DNA of 64,000 nt from assembly GCF_001194135.2 (NCBI RefSeq), contig NC_068990.1, forward strand, positions 17,532,909 through 17,596,908. Reading direction: 5' to 3'. The notes under the pieces were generated by a model. It searched no databases, was not told the DNA's origin, and saw only the letters and a program-made list of their open reading frames with translations. This stretch comes from Octopus bimaculoides. Taxonomy: Eukaryota. Shown in pieces: positions 25,801 through 38,699 of the stretch. Numbering within the stretch: position 1 is the first letter of the stretch; the number at the start of each line of letters is the position of its first letter. A program made the translations under genes and the position numbers.

Positions 25801-26608
25801 ATTCGAATGTATTTGTGGAACTCTACATACATACTTGCAGTAACACATTCAAGTTTGATTTCTTTCAGAACCGTTGTTTCAGGAGAATGTTGGAGAATAA
25901 ATAGCAATTAAGGATTCCCAACAAAAGACTTGGGTGATTTAGTCAAATTCTGAAATGCATACTATGGTATATGATTGAACAGGTTTAAAGTACTTAGTTT
26001 GAAACCAAGGGGAACATGATTGTTACTACCTATGCTTGAGTGGGTACTTGTGAATAGAAGAGTTAGTGGGCTGAAAAACAATTTGGCAATTAATGTAGAT
26101 AGGGAGAGAAGCTGTAGTTACACTGAAATATTGTCATATTTCTCTTTCCACTACTTCCTTGAAAACACATAATGCAAGACAGCCATGTATCTCCTCTACA
26201 ACAAGAAACTTGTTCTGGCCCTTTCTTTCATACTTTAATCTTTCAGCATGAAACCTCCTCATTCGCTACTCTACCCTCTCTCTCAATTGAAGGGTAACTT
26301 AGTCTTGTGAGTCAATCACATGGTGACTTCACTACTGCTGGTTCTACAAAAAAAAGCTCCCCATACATTATGAAATGGTTGGTGTTAAGAAGGGCATCCA
26401 GCTATAGAGACCATGTAAAAGCAGACCATTGGAGCATGACAATCCTTTCACAAGTTGTATTCAGTGGAATCATCCAACTCCTGTTAGTATGGAAGTTGGC
26501 CATTAAATGACATGATTTTTCAGTTTAGGTGTACATGTAACATTGTCACTGATATTCTGTTCAATTTTATTCCTATTCATTACTTTTTCTCCTTTTTATT
26601 TCTCCCAG

Positions 26609-26703
26609 ATAAATCCTATCTTGGATGCCTTAGAACATTCATTCTCAAAGCCACTCTCTCAGTCTGTATTGGTTGAACATGAAGCTGTCAATTTAGTTGT
26701 AAG
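26609..26703 (+). CDS. RIF1: RIF1 exon 4
   Basis: ctcccag; INPILDALEHSFSKPLSQSVLVEHEAVNLVVR; gtttgt. Confidence 0.92.
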
Positions 26704-26905
26704 GTTTGTATGTTACGATTTAAAAAAAATTTTCTAACTGTTGTCCTCTTTAGTATTGCATTGGAATTTATAATTTTATGTAGGCCTAGAAAAGTGGACA
26801 TGAAAAACAATGCTGATGTTTTTACTGAAAGTTCTTCTCAATGCATCCCTCCCCCATTTTTCCACTGCTCTATTGAAGTAAAACTGTTTCTTTTTCTTCC
26901 TGCAG

Positions 26906-27095
26906 GTTGCTACAGCAAGTTCCAAAAAAGATGAATGAGAAAGCTATTAATTGGAGCCATCATGTGTATTCCTTATTAGGACATGGAGCTATTAGAATTC
27001 GTGAGAAAGCTTTACAAGCCCTCAGCATAGCTCTGCCAGCCTTTCTTGTCAATCCTAATGGTTTAGTTGCTTCAATGGTTGCTGATGTTAAAACA
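26906..27095 (+). CDS. RIF1: RIF1 exon 5
   Basis: cctgcag; LLQQVPKKMNEKAINWSHHVYSLLGHGAIRIREKALQAL...DVKT; gtaagt. Confidence 0.92.
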
Positions 27096-27677
27096 GTAAG
27101 TATTATTATTTATTGCTTGTTATGATTACATATTCTTGCCATATTTCTATTGAAATACACTACTTTTGTTTCAATTCATCAACATTTAACATCCATTTTC
27201 CATGCTGGCACAAGTTGGACGGTTTGACAGGAGCTGGCTCCATTTTGTCTTTTGACATGGTTTCTACAGCTGGATGCCCTTCCTAACACCAACCACTTTA
27301 CAGTGTGTACTGTGTGCTTTTAATGTGCTACTGGCATGGGCACTTTTACTTGGCACCAGCACTCACAAGCTTGCCAAACTAGGACCCTTCAACTGAGAGA
27401 GGGATGTAGACAACATTCCTGTATGTATGGATGGCCATGATCTCAATTAGTTAATTTTGAAAAAATTGAATTTAGTAAAACAACTTTGTCGTTATTAATC
27501 TTGTATTTGAAATGTGGTTTCAGGTTGGTATCAAAAGGTTTGACCCTTTTGTTATGTAGCTTTGTGTCAACTCTCATTGAGCAGGAACATTACTTTTTAT
27601 TGATCCCACAATTCCAATGACAAGGGGATAGCTTTAAATTATGTGTCCTTGAGTCTTATTCTTATTCAAATTTCTGT

Positions 27678-27747
27678 GGAGGCGCAATGGCCCAGTGGTT
27701 AGGGCAGCGGACTTGTGGTTATAGGATTGCAGTTTCGATTCCCAGAC
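27678..27747 (+). mobile_element. SINE family B head running into gap
   Basis: ggaggcgcaatggcccagtggttagggcagcggact...gtttcgattcccagac matches the 4827-5211 head. Confidence 0.85.
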
Positions 27748-28222
27748 NNNNNNNNNNNNNNNNNNNNNNNNNNNNNNNNNNNNNNNNNNNNNNNNNNNNN
27801 NNNNNNNNNNNNNNNNNNNNNNNNNNNNNNNNNNNNNNNNNNNNNNNNNNNNNNNNNNNNNNNNNNNNNNNNNNNNNNNNNNNNNNNNNNNNNNNNNNNN
27901 NNNNNNNNNNNNNNNNNNNNNNNNNNNNNNNNNNNNNNNNNNNNNNNNNNNNNNNNNNNNNNNNNNNNNNNNNNNNNNNNNNNNNNNNNNNNNNNNNNNN
28001 NNNNNNNNNNNNNNNNNNNNNNNNNNNNNNNNNNNNNNNNNNNNNNNNNNNNNNNNNNNNNNNNNNNNNNNNNNNNNNNNNNNNNNNNNNNNNNNNNNNN
28101 NNNNNNNNNNNNNNNNNNNNNNNNNNNNNNNNNNNNNNNNNNNNNNNNNNNNNNNNNNNNNNNNNNNNNNNNNNNNNNNNNNNNNNNNNNNNNNNNNNNN
28201 NNNNNNNNNNNNNNNNNNNNNN
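27748..28222. other. Assembly gap hiding the 5' end of RIF1 exon 6
   Basis: N run; sequence resumes mid-exon. Confidence 0.95.
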
Positions 28223-28274
28223 TGAAGTATATGTCTTGAGAGTATGGAGTCTGCTGGTTCAGTTATTAGGAAAG
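28223..28274 (+). CDS. RIF1: RIF1 exon 6, 3' part only (5' end in N gap)
   Basis: EVYVLRVWSLLVQLLGK resembles human ETYVLKLWPLFVKLLGR; gtaaat donor. Confidence 0.88.
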
Positions 28275-28458
28275 GTAAATATTCTTTCTCTTTAGCATTC
28301 ATTATGTCTGTTTTCATCTTTTCTTCCCTTTTTTATGAGGTGGATAAAAAAAAAAAAAAGAAATCCCTCTCAAACATAGATAGATTCTACCACTGGATTT
28401 CCAAGCCATAATTGGTGATATAATTTTTTCTCTCTCTCTCTCTCTCTCTCTCTTGCAG

Positions 28459-28591
28459 GAATTACATTGTGTCTTCATCAACCAACTCCTCCCAATTGTA
28501 GAACTTGGCTTTAAGAGCCCGAACCCAAATATCAAATATGAAGCTTTTAGTGCCTGGAAATACCTTATTGAAAATTTTGCTTCAAACCCTG
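28459..28591 (+). CDS. RIF1: RIF1 exon 7
   Basis: ttgcag; ELHCVFINQLLPIVELGFKSPNPNIKYEAFSAWKYLIENFASNP; gtaaac. Confidence 0.93.
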
Positions 28592-29318
28592 GTAAACTTT
28601 ATTAATTTTTTTTCTTGTTTAAAATATCCATCTCATAAAGCAATTTAATAAAATATGCATTTTACCTTTTTTCTTTCTTAATTACCAGTTGTAATACTAA
28701 TCCCACATGTAATACAGTCCATTTTTTGCATATGGACTCTTGTTCTCATAGTTTTGTGTTTGTGAATACATTCTCCTACACACGGTTTTATGTGTACACT
28801 TGCTCGTACACACATAAACACATTTTTGTTTGATCATCACAAGACAGAAATGGGCAGTGTTGCTATTGACCATTCTCTGCTAGTATTTTCACAACAAAGC
28901 ACAGTTTACCTTAAAAGGACACTTTTGCATAAAGGTAAATTAAATCTATAACAAGAATTCCATGCAAGGCTGTTTAGATTACTGAAGTTCCTTGATAACT
29001 TATTCTTACAAGCGTGCATTCCATGTGCTAACACAGACAAATCTTTATTGCTGATAGAGATACTGCATTTCATTATGCAACCACAATATACTGCCAAGTT
29101 TATTATAGGCTTCTAAGCCAATACTGTGCCCCATCTATGTTAGCACTGCTATTGCATTTTAAAATTCTCTACAGATTAACTATAGAAACTAGAGCCGGCA
29201 GTATCAGAAAAGTATATATTCGCCTGCTACTAATTGTACTTAAAAAATTTTAGGTTTTAATTTTATATTCAAAAGGTTGACTTTCTTTTAATATTTTTTC
29301 CATTGTAAAATTTTGCAG

Positions 29319-29470
29319 CCATTATTGGGGACCAGAAGCGCATCAAACTTTTGATGCAAGTCTTCAAAATTAACAATGCCAAAACTGAGAATGTGGCTTT
29401 AAAGAAACTGGAAGTTTGGTGGTATTTTGTCAGAAAGTTGGACACCAAACTGTTGGGTAATTTTGATATG
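29319..29470 (+). CDS. RIF1: RIF1 exon 8
   Basis: ttttgcag; IIGDQKRIKLLMQVF...KKLEVWWYFVRKLDTKLLGNFDM; gtaagt. Confidence 0.93.
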
Positions 29471-29746
29471 GTAAGTGAGGGAGCAAGTTTTTAATGTTTT
29501 TTTTTTCTCTCTACTTAGTACAAGAATATTGATTGTGAATGTTGCTGAATGACAGATGACTGATCTTATATAATATCGTCATATCTTGAATGTTTGTACT
29601 GAATATATATATATTGACAAGTCCATTTGTAATGTTGGAGGTCTGACAATTAGCTATCAAAATTGTCTGATACATGGTGTTATTAGTCTTGCAAGTTGCT
29701 GGTTCCTAGCTGTGTAAAGCCTCCCCTTGTTAGCTTGTACATTTAA

Positions 29747-29957
29747 CCCTTTTATTAGCATATTTCATTGCAATACACTGCCTTTGTTTCAATTTTAAAA
29801 ATAATGAAAAAAATATCAAAATACCTCTGTCATTTTTAAGCTGGCCTTTTGGAACATAAATTATGAAATTTTGATGGCAGTTTTTAGCTCACTTCAAACT
29901 AGAGAATACCTATAGAGCTGGAAGCTATCTATCTCAGGTGGGTTGGTATCAAAAGGG
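29747..29957. mobile_element. TTAA-flanked MITE (family M2), 211 bp
   Basis: TTAA|CCCTTTT...AAAAGGG|TTAA; related copies at about 23380-23870, 36550-37080, 41410-41700, 42110-42345 and 53497-53714. Confidence 0.8.
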
Positions 29958-30290
29958 TTAATAATTGTGTGTTCACACACCTTGCAGGATGATGTATTGC
30001 TACCTTTTAGATAGTAATTACATTTTAAATTGTTATATTAATGTAAATATCCCACCTGTGGGAAATTATTGGTTTAAGCCATTTAGCTGTGATGATACTG
30101 GAGCACCATTTTATTCTCAGTTTTCTGTCTTGTATTGTTGGTATTATATTTACCTTGTAAATATTCTTTTTGTAGGTCTGTATCCCATGCAGTAGTTATG
30201 ACCTTTTTTATTATTTTATTTTACAAATCTGAAAACATCATTTCATTATTTCTTGAGATATATTTAGTTTTGAAATTTTCTTCCTACAAG

Positions 30291-30363
30291 GTTTGTACTC
30301 CTTTACTACGCTTTTGTGTTGGTGGAAAGTGGACCCAAGGAGCTCGTAACACACCTACACTGA
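30291..30363 (+). CDS. RIF1: RIF1 exon 9
   Basis: cctacaag; VCTPLLRFCVGGKWTQGARNTPTL; gtgagt, phase 1 fits exon 10. Confidence 0.85.
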
Positions 30364-31244
30364 GTGAGTGTCATTTAACTTCTATATTTTTGTTATATGT
30401 TTAAATAAAATGGTTAAGTATATAATGTGGTTACCTTGTTTTGGGTCATTGTATTCAAATTTGCTGTAGGCAATTCTATGGTTTTTGAGTTCAGCATAAG
30501 ATTTCAGGGATAGTTACTAGTTTATAATAGTTTTCCTTGGGAAAAGTCAAATGGGTCCAAGTTAGAGACTCTGTATTAGACATATTTTTTTCATTAGTGT
30601 AACCCTTTAACTAGCCAAATCTGGTTCAAAATATTCTACCTGTTTTATGTTCAAACTAGCTGTATCTGGCCTCTTACACTTACCATACAATATCATTTTG
30701 AAAATAAACAATCACATTAAAATCTCAAAACTAAAAGATAATATGTGATAAATTCAAAATGATGGAAATAAACAAGCATTACTTTTGACAGTAATTATGA
30801 ATACTAAAGCATATAGTTTCTTTGATCTAACCTTATTAAAAGTGGTATCCACATGTTGAGCTTTTGTAGTAGCAAGAATTCTGCCAAGTTACCTGGAAAA
30901 TCAAATTTTTCTTAGTTCCTTATCTCATGAATTAGATCAGTTTAGTTTATGTCTGTACTATGATTGGCAAAGAGTTAATTATTCTGATAACCTTTGGGGT
31001 TGTGAATTCCCTAAAATAATGGAGCATCAGCCATGCTTAACAGCTTTGGAATATTTAGTTTTGAATTCTGTTCAAAGTTTTAAAAAAGCCCCCAAAACTT
31101 GTGTGTCAACTCTTTGAATCTGAAGTATTCTGATAAGACTTGGATTAGCAAATTGTTAATTTCAAATAAAACTATTTAGAACTACTTTGGTAATTAAAAA
31201 TATGATTATAATAATCTTTATTTTTTTCGATTTATTTGTTAAAG

Positions 31245-31394
31245 GTTCGGTTGGAAACAACATCTCCCTTCCCAGTCAGGGAACTTTGTGGCCATCTTTT
31301 CCCTCACTCCAACTGAAAGGGTTGGAGGCTATAGCACATCTTCTGCAGCTTCCTTCAGCACGTATTGATTACTCCCCTATAAAATTTGATCTTG
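31245..31394 (+). CDS. RIF1: RIF1 exon 10
   Basis: gttaaag; SVGNNISLPSQGTLWPSFPSLQLKGLEAIAHLLQLP...KFDL; gtatgt. Confidence 0.88.
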
Positions 31395-33121
31395 GTATGT
31401 ATTAAAGAACTTCCATTTTAATCATTTGTTACAAATTCTGTTACATAAACCAGTTTATAAAATTTAATAATTGTTTAACTTCTTGGTTCCATGAGTCAGA
31501 TGGCATACATTAAGGCAGAGTTTCTGTGGTCAGATGCCCTTCCTGTCACCAACTCTGTTTCCAAGCAGGGTAAGATCTCCCATGGCCTCTCTTTTCATGA
31601 AAGATTAGAAATGAACAACATAGCTCGTATGATTGTGCTGCTCATTTTCCAACCATCATATAATGTCAGAACTGGCATGCACACACACACACACACACAA
31701 AGTGGACTTCCTCCATCAAATACACTCACGACCCTGGGGCTGTAGTAGAGAAACTGTCCCCAAGACCACACGGTTTGGAAGCAAGATTGTCACCCACACA
31801 GCAACATCTGCACCTATTTAAAATTTGTTTTCAGCAGTGTTGCCAGACATTAGATTTTATATAGTCACATATCCAACACCAGGTCTGTTGGGCTGAGTCT
31901 CAGGTACCAAGATATGTAAATGGTTAGAGTATTGTACAATCATTCAGTTAATTCTTGAAATTCTTATAAAATCAGTAATGGGGCCGTCTGTCTGAATCTG
32001 CTGTACTTTACAGCCTCACTTCTCTGAAGCCTCAATATTCAACTTCACTTCTACTCATGTTTTTGTTTTTCCCTTCCATGTCAGCATCAGCACAATGTCA
32101 TTCACTCACATCACATGTCCATTGCTAATCTGTGTCCTCCTGCACACATCAACTTTTGTTTCTAATGTATTGTCACTAAGCTTCCACATGTATCAAATTT
32201 CCTGCAATGTGTCTAACATGGCAGATTTGCCCCCAAAATGCTTGAAAATTGAATGGATAGCAGTAGGAAAGGCATTCAGTTAACGTAAGTGAACACAATT
32301 GCTCCAAACACATCTACTCTCCGCTAATGCAATCATGAAAAAAATGGTGGGGGGTGGTCATAGTTACCTATGTTACTATAAGTAACTTATAGCAAATATT
32401 TAGAAACATTATTTTTAGGGTGAAGGTGGCAAGCAGGCAGAACCCATGTCAGACAAAATGCTTTGTGGCATTATTTTTGATTCTTCACACTCTGAGTTCA
32501 AATTTCATTGAGGTTGGCTTTGCTGTTCATCATCTTGGGGTTGATGTCATTAACTGGTCCCCACTTCTTCTAAAGTTGTTGATCGTGTGCCAAAATCTGG
32601 AACAATTGTTATAAATTTAAACATTTGTTTTACATTTAACTTTTTGCCCAATTTCTGACAGCCATCTATTTGATATTAGACACAGATGCCAATGTGGCTT
32701 TGTGGTTAAGAAGTTTGCTTCCCAACCACGTGGTTGAGGGTTCAGTCCTGCTGCATAGCATCTTGAGTAAGTGTTTTTTACCATAACTCTTGGCGAATGA
32801 AAGCTTTGTGAGTCAACAGGGTAAATAAAAACTGAAAGAAGCCCTTTGATGTGTGTGCGTCTCCTTGTCTTGATATTTTAGTAGTTTCTATACAAAGGGT
32901 GTCTGTTTCCAATCATCTGTGTAAACATGTCTGGTAATGGGGGAACACATTACCTTGCTTGGAAACAAGTGATGGTTGACTGCAAGAAGGGCATTTTGCG
33001 TCTGACTCATGCAAATATGGAAAAGAGGACATGAAAATGATGCTGATCTCTCATATTGATACCTAAATATTTAATTCATACCTCTATTTGCATTAATATA
33101 TATTTTCTCTTTTCCCTGCAG

Positions 33122-33226
33122 AACCTTTGAATCCTAACATTGTAATGGGACCGGCATTATTTCTTAAACAATGCAGTGTTATTGCCTATAGTCTAGTGGA
33201 ATTGGTATGTTCTGCAGATGCACCAG
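33122..33226 (+). CDS. RIF1: RIF1 exon 11
   Basis: ccctgcag; EPLNPNIVMGPALFLKQCSVIAYSLVELVCSADAP; gtatgt. Confidence 0.88.
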
Positions 33227-33348
33227 GTATGTATATATATATATATAAGTTCATATTTCACTTAATGTCCTCTTGCTCTTGTTTGAAGATACATTTTGTT
33301 TAAGCTTTCTAAATTCTAATGATAATCCATTTGATATTATTTGATCAG

Positions 33349-33506
33349 ATGATCTCGTCGTTTATATTTGGTCGTTGTTTGTGGAACACCTTAAACTTGG
33401 TCTGGAAGCTGGCCTCAAAACCGACACAAGGGATGCTCTATCTTCTTTTCTCTGTGACTTTTCAACTTTAATTCTCAGTCGACCAGCACCTTATTCTGTC
33501 AAATAT
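33349..33506 (+). CDS. RIF1: RIF1 exon 12
   Basis: ttgatcag; DLVVYIWSLFVEHLKLGLEAGLK...PYSVKY; gtaagt. Confidence 0.88.
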
Positions 33507-34281
33507 GTAAGTCAATGATTCTTTTAATTTTCTTTTACTTGTTCCAGTCATTTGACTGCAGCCATGCTGGGGCACCTGCCTTGAAGTATTGTTAGCCAAA
33601 TAGATCAACTTCAGTACTTTTTTTTTTAAGCCTGGTACTTGTTCTACCAGTCATCTTCCAGAATGTACTTGTATTCATCCGGGATGAGTTGAGCTGGCTC
33701 CATCCAACAACTGTTCTCAATTTCAGTTGGAATACAAGTTCACTTGTGGTCCCTGGTTACATGCATACACACTTACTTTGCGATTGTGTGACCAGTAGGA
33801 GCTCATATTGTCATTGATTGTTGACCATCATAGAGGATTTGCTGTCCCAAGATTTTATTGGCCAGGCAATTTTGAAGCTTTATGCAAATGCAAGAGTTCT
33901 TTTGTTTGTTTTCAAATAGTTGTTTCCATTTTACTTTAGCTGACTTGTATGTAAAGTTTTTGCAAAATTCAACATTTACATTCTGTTTACATAAGTAGTT
34001 TTACAGCTGGGAGCACATTATGGTTAATAATCAGTCATGAAGTGAGAGTGGAAAAATCAGGCAAATGGCATAATGTAACTTGGTTGTTGGCTGCATGATT
34101 TGAACTTGAAACCTTGTGGTTAGTTGTTCAGTCTTCAATCTTGTAGACATTGTCTCATTTTTGTATTTTATGTTGATTATTGTATGAATTTCATGTTGTC
34201 AGTAACTTGGCTTGTCAATATTTGGTCTTTTTATTTAAAAAAAAATTTGTTTCATGATTTTCTTTATCTTCTATGTTGCAG

Positions 34282-34365
34282 AAATTATTCCTTGCTGTTA
34301 CTAAACTCCCCAAGAAGATACTTTGTTCAACAGCCTATAACATTAGCAGTGGAGAAAAAATTCAT
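34282..34365 (+). CDS. RIF1: RIF1 exon 13
   Basis: gttgcag; KLFLAVTKLPKKILCSTAYNISSGEKIH; gtaagt. Confidence 0.9.
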
Positions 34366-35154
34366 GTAAGTTTTTCTTTTATAATCCAAGTTATTTTCTT
34401 TTTAATAATCACTAAGATTTGGTCTTCAAAATTTCGTTGCTGACTATTATCATTTATTTAATACCTAAATTAGAGATATATTTTCTTACCATTTTAAATC
34501 GATTTCCATTCATTTGCATTTGTCATATTGATGAAAACTGAGTTATCGTTTGTGTTGACAATAATGTCTATCAATCACAGCTAGGTTTGCCAGTTAAAAC
34601 TAATTTCTTTATCTCTTATTGCAAGTGAAAATAATCAGTATTCACTGGGATTCAAACAGGTTATTAGAATATTGGTTGATCACTTGCAAAATATGTATTT
34701 TTATTAGTTATTAACATTTTGCAGTCTTGGTAAACATTATTGTGCAGTTAAAATGTTTTTAGACAGTCATTGTCTGGATAGAATTTACATAAGGCTGAGC
34801 TAATCTTTATTCATTAAATCTTATCATATAATGTCCACCAGGATTTGCTGGTTCAACATAGTTATTGACACGGTCAGAGCAATTTTGCTTCCCATAGTTG
34901 AACGCTTCCAGAGTGATTGGCTGGCTTTGAACATGTACACATACTACAAAATGTAATTTTTGTATGTGATGATGAATATTATCTCTTACCAGTTTCCAGT
35001 CAAGCCCTCTAACCCATGCCAGTTTTGAAAACAGATGTTAAATGATATTTTGAAAGAAACCCACAGTAGTAGTAACAGTAATCCTATGTTTGTATGTGTA
35101 TCGAATTATTTTATATGATTTCTCATTTAGCTGTTTCTCTTTTGTTGTGTCCAG

Positions 35155-35228
35155 GGTACTCCGGCTCTGTTTTTAACTGAACTCTTACTGACGCCATCAA
35201 TGTTACAGGAAGGAGTTTCTCAAGAGAA
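35155..35228 (+). CDS. RIF1: RIF1 exon 14
   Basis: gtccag; GTPALFLTELLLTPSMLQEGVSQE; weak donor gtacac chosen because phase 2 fits exon 15. Confidence 0.85.
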
Positions 35229-35878
35229 GTACACAAAAAAGTTCTTATACCTTTTTAATTGAAATTGTATTTGCCCCATCCCACTTCCAATCATTTTTCT
35301 ACAAATATCACAAGATGTGAAGTTGAAATCCTCAGGAATTAAGACTAGGAATAGTAAAAGTATTGACAATACTATTACTGCCTTTTACAACTATACCAAC
35401 TTTTAAAGAAAATTAAACAATGATGATATCTGGCCTAATTATTCCTGTTTCATGTTCAAACTGGCCAGGTCCAGCCTCTCCCACCTAGCCTGCAATGCCA
35501 TTCTAAAATTAACAATCACCTGAATGAAATTTCAAAGCTATGAAATAATGCATGATTAACTTGAAACTGTGAATAAGTGAACATTACATTTGATGGAGTA
35601 ATCTGAATGCTAAAGGATTAACATAATCTTCTAGCAGACTATGTATCAAGGTTTTGATTCATTGAATTATATACAGCTTCTTTACAACAGTTTCCATCTC
35701 CCCAGTTTTACTCAATGTTGTGGGGTCAATATGAGGTTTATAATAGAAAACTACATTGCTGTGCAGTGCAATTAAACCTGAAGCCACCTGAACTTTGTAT
35801 AAATTCGTTAGCCATGCCTGCCCTCATTGATTAAATTACACAATGTTGCTAAAACTTCATTCTCTCTTTCTCTTTCAG

Positions 35879-36059
35879 TTACCTGACATTATTTGTGAGT
35901 ATGATTGAGCTGGGAATGGCCAATCCATCTGGGGTGCTTGAATACTGTCAGGCAGTGATTCAAATTCTAGATCTTCATGCTATATATGTTGAACAGAAAG
36001 AGCAGCTATGGCGTTTGTGGTCTTGCTTAGTTAATCCTCTCTTAGACTTCATTTCAAAG
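35879..36059 (+). CDS. RIF1: RIF1 exon 15
   Basis: ctttcag; YLTLFVSMIELGMANPSGVLEYCQ...KEQLWRLWSCLVNPLLDFISK; gtaatt. Confidence 0.93.
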
Positions 36060-37387
36060 GTAATTACTTGTTTACCCAACACATTACACATTTCTTGTTT
36101 ACCCCCAGGCCAGTTCTGATTGAGTAGACCCGTAGTCAAAAAACATTCCAGCCCTGACTATCCTGTCTTTGTATATCAGAGACTACACTGTCCAATCTTC
36201 CTCTGTCCCCCTACATTTTTTGGGTCTGTAAGTTAGTAAATCTGTTTGTTCACTTTTCCATGTTAATGATTTTAATGGGAATTGATTTTGGAGCAAGATT
36301 TTATGACTGGTTGCTTTTCCTGTTGCCACTCGCAAAAATGCTATCACTAGACACAATTTCACTGTTTCACCAAAATGCTGATGTGAAATATCAACATTCA
36401 TTCATTCATGTGTAGACACAATATATGACTGGCTTCATACAATTTTCATTCACTGAATTTCCTCACAAGGCACTGGTCTGTCTGGGACAGTAATAGATGA
36501 TGTCCAAGGTGCCGTGCAAACTTCTTAACCAGTCAGCCATTCTTTCATTTTATGGGGTTATTAACTTGAATGTTTGGAACATGGAATTCTGATGGAAAGT
36601 TTTAATTTAGGTCACCTTAAAACTGGAAGTTTGTATCATAGAACCAGGTGTTACTTCAGATGGGTTGGTATCATAAGGGTTGACTCACACTACTATCATT
36701 GGATGATTTGCTGTAATCAAATAAAATATGACTGGATGGTCTTCGTTGGAATGCTTTTGAATATAGATCTGTTTAACCACTTTGTTACCATATTTCTGAT
36801 GAAATACACTGCCTTTGTCTTGAAATCAATGAAAAGTTTTGTAAACACAGATTATCATGAAATTTTGATGGAAGATTTTAATTTAGATCACTTTAAAATG
36901 GGAAGATTGCATCATAAAATTAGCAGTTTCAGGAGGGTTAGTATCAAAAGGGTTCACCTTTTTGTTATGTTTCTGTTAAGATACATTGCCATTATTTCAT
37001 TTAATTTTGAAAATAACAAAGAATTTAGTAAAATAAGACTCATTATTAATCTGGTATTTAAAACACAAGTTAAATTCTGAGGGAAGGTTTTGATTGCAAT
37101 CATTTTTAACCCTTTAGCATTTAAACTGCCCATATCCTGCCAAAATATTCTACCTGTTGTATCTTCAAACAGGTCGTATCTGACCTTTCACACCTATCCT
37201 ACAGTGTCATTTTAAAAATCATCACATCATCGAAATCTCAAAGTTAGGGAATAATGCATGGTTAATTTTAAAGTAATGTGAATACATAAGCAGTACATTT
37301 GACAATCATCTGAATGCTAAAGGATTAAACGGACAGTTTTGGACAGATTGGTATTAAAACAATGTTTTTTTTATTATTATTCCACAG

Positions 37388-37492
37388 AACAATGAGATTA
37401 ATCAAGGAGATGCTTTAGAACACAACTTCACCTGTCTTTATCGTTCATTATTTTTTCCTGTCAAATGGTTGTTTGGCAACCAGTTATTAGCT
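37388..37492 (+). CDS. RIF1: RIF1 exon 16
   Basis: tccacag; NNEINQGDALEHNFTCLYRSLFFPVKWLFGNQLLA; gtaagt. Confidence 0.95.
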
Positions 37493-37909
37493 GTAAGTTC
37501 TTTTTGTCTTTTTATGTCTCGCTCTGCTTTCATCATTTGTGAAATAATAAAGATAATTTCATTACAGTACAGCTGCTTGAGTTTCTAAAATCTCGTGATT
37601 CAGCTCTAAAATTTTAATGTGAACAAAGTTGCAATAACTTGTAAATAGTTTACAGCTCAGCAGATTTTACATACAGTACGCACAATGTTTGCAGTGAAAT
37701 TTTGTTGATTTGCCTGCTAAAGTATTAGACTCTTATTAATTTAAAGCAGTTTCATCATTTTAAGACCTCATTTATTTTCCTTCATACATTTTATTTTTTC
37801 TATAAGTGATTTGCCATGGAGTGTTGAAAATGTCTGCTTGTGTCTTGCTCACAAGTTCAAGTCCATTAATACTTCATTGAGATTATGAGCAAAGCTCTTT
37901 TATTTTACA

Positions 37910-38285
37910 TCTCTTTTACTTGTTTCAGTCATTAGACTGTGGCCATGCTGAGGCATTGTCTTGTAGAACTTTTAGTCAAATGAATTGACTCCAGTACTCA
38001 TTTTCTTTTTCGTTAAGCCTGATACCTATTCTATCGGTTTATTTTCCTGAACCACTAAGTTGCACGGATGTAAACACAACACTGGTTGTCAAGCATTGGT
38101 GGAGGACCTCTTCAGACACACACTCATACATGCATGTATCTTTCAGTTTCTGTGTACCAAATCCACTCACAAGGCCTTGCTTGGCCTAAGGCTTTTGTTG
38201 AAGATATTTGCCCAAGGTGCCATGTTGTGGGACTGAACCTGGAACCATGTGATTGGGAAGCAAACTTCTTACCACACAACCACAA
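37910..38285 (-). mobile_element. SINE family A, near full length
   Basis: Same head, internal simple repeat and tail as 6221-6630. Confidence 0.8.
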
Positions 38286-38546
38286 ACTTTTTATTTTAAC
38301 ATTTTGGGCTCTTCCTAAATTATTTGGTACTTGCTAAGAAACGAGTAAAAAAATGTTTGTATCCATCTTATCTAAGATGAAGAACAATCTCTGGTCTACT
38401 TCATAACCTGAAACCAGATAAAAGCATTAACTCTCTTGTATCTGTAGTTCATAGGTAGAAGACTCGATCCATTTTAATTTCATCTTCTGTCCTTTTCTGA
38501 TTACATTTCATTCTTTCACTGATTTTTTTTACCTTTCTTTACACAG

Positions 38547-38699
38547 ACTGTCAATAAGACACTGATGAGGACCTGGTCAAACATCTATCGGACATTCGCT
38601 AATCTTGCTGCTCTTGTTGTCAATGCTGCTCCTAATATCACCTGTGAACATTTGAGCCACCTCATTGTGACTGACCTTCTCTCACCTGCTGCTAGTCAG
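38547..38699 (+). CDS. RIF1: RIF1 exon 17
   Basis: acacag; TVNKTLMRTWSNIYRTFANLAALVVNAAPNITCEHL...ASQ; gtaatt. Confidence 0.93.

Noticed and set aside
36574-37080. 168-aa ORF with internal self-similarity
   Set aside because: Read-through of stacked M2 MITE copies.
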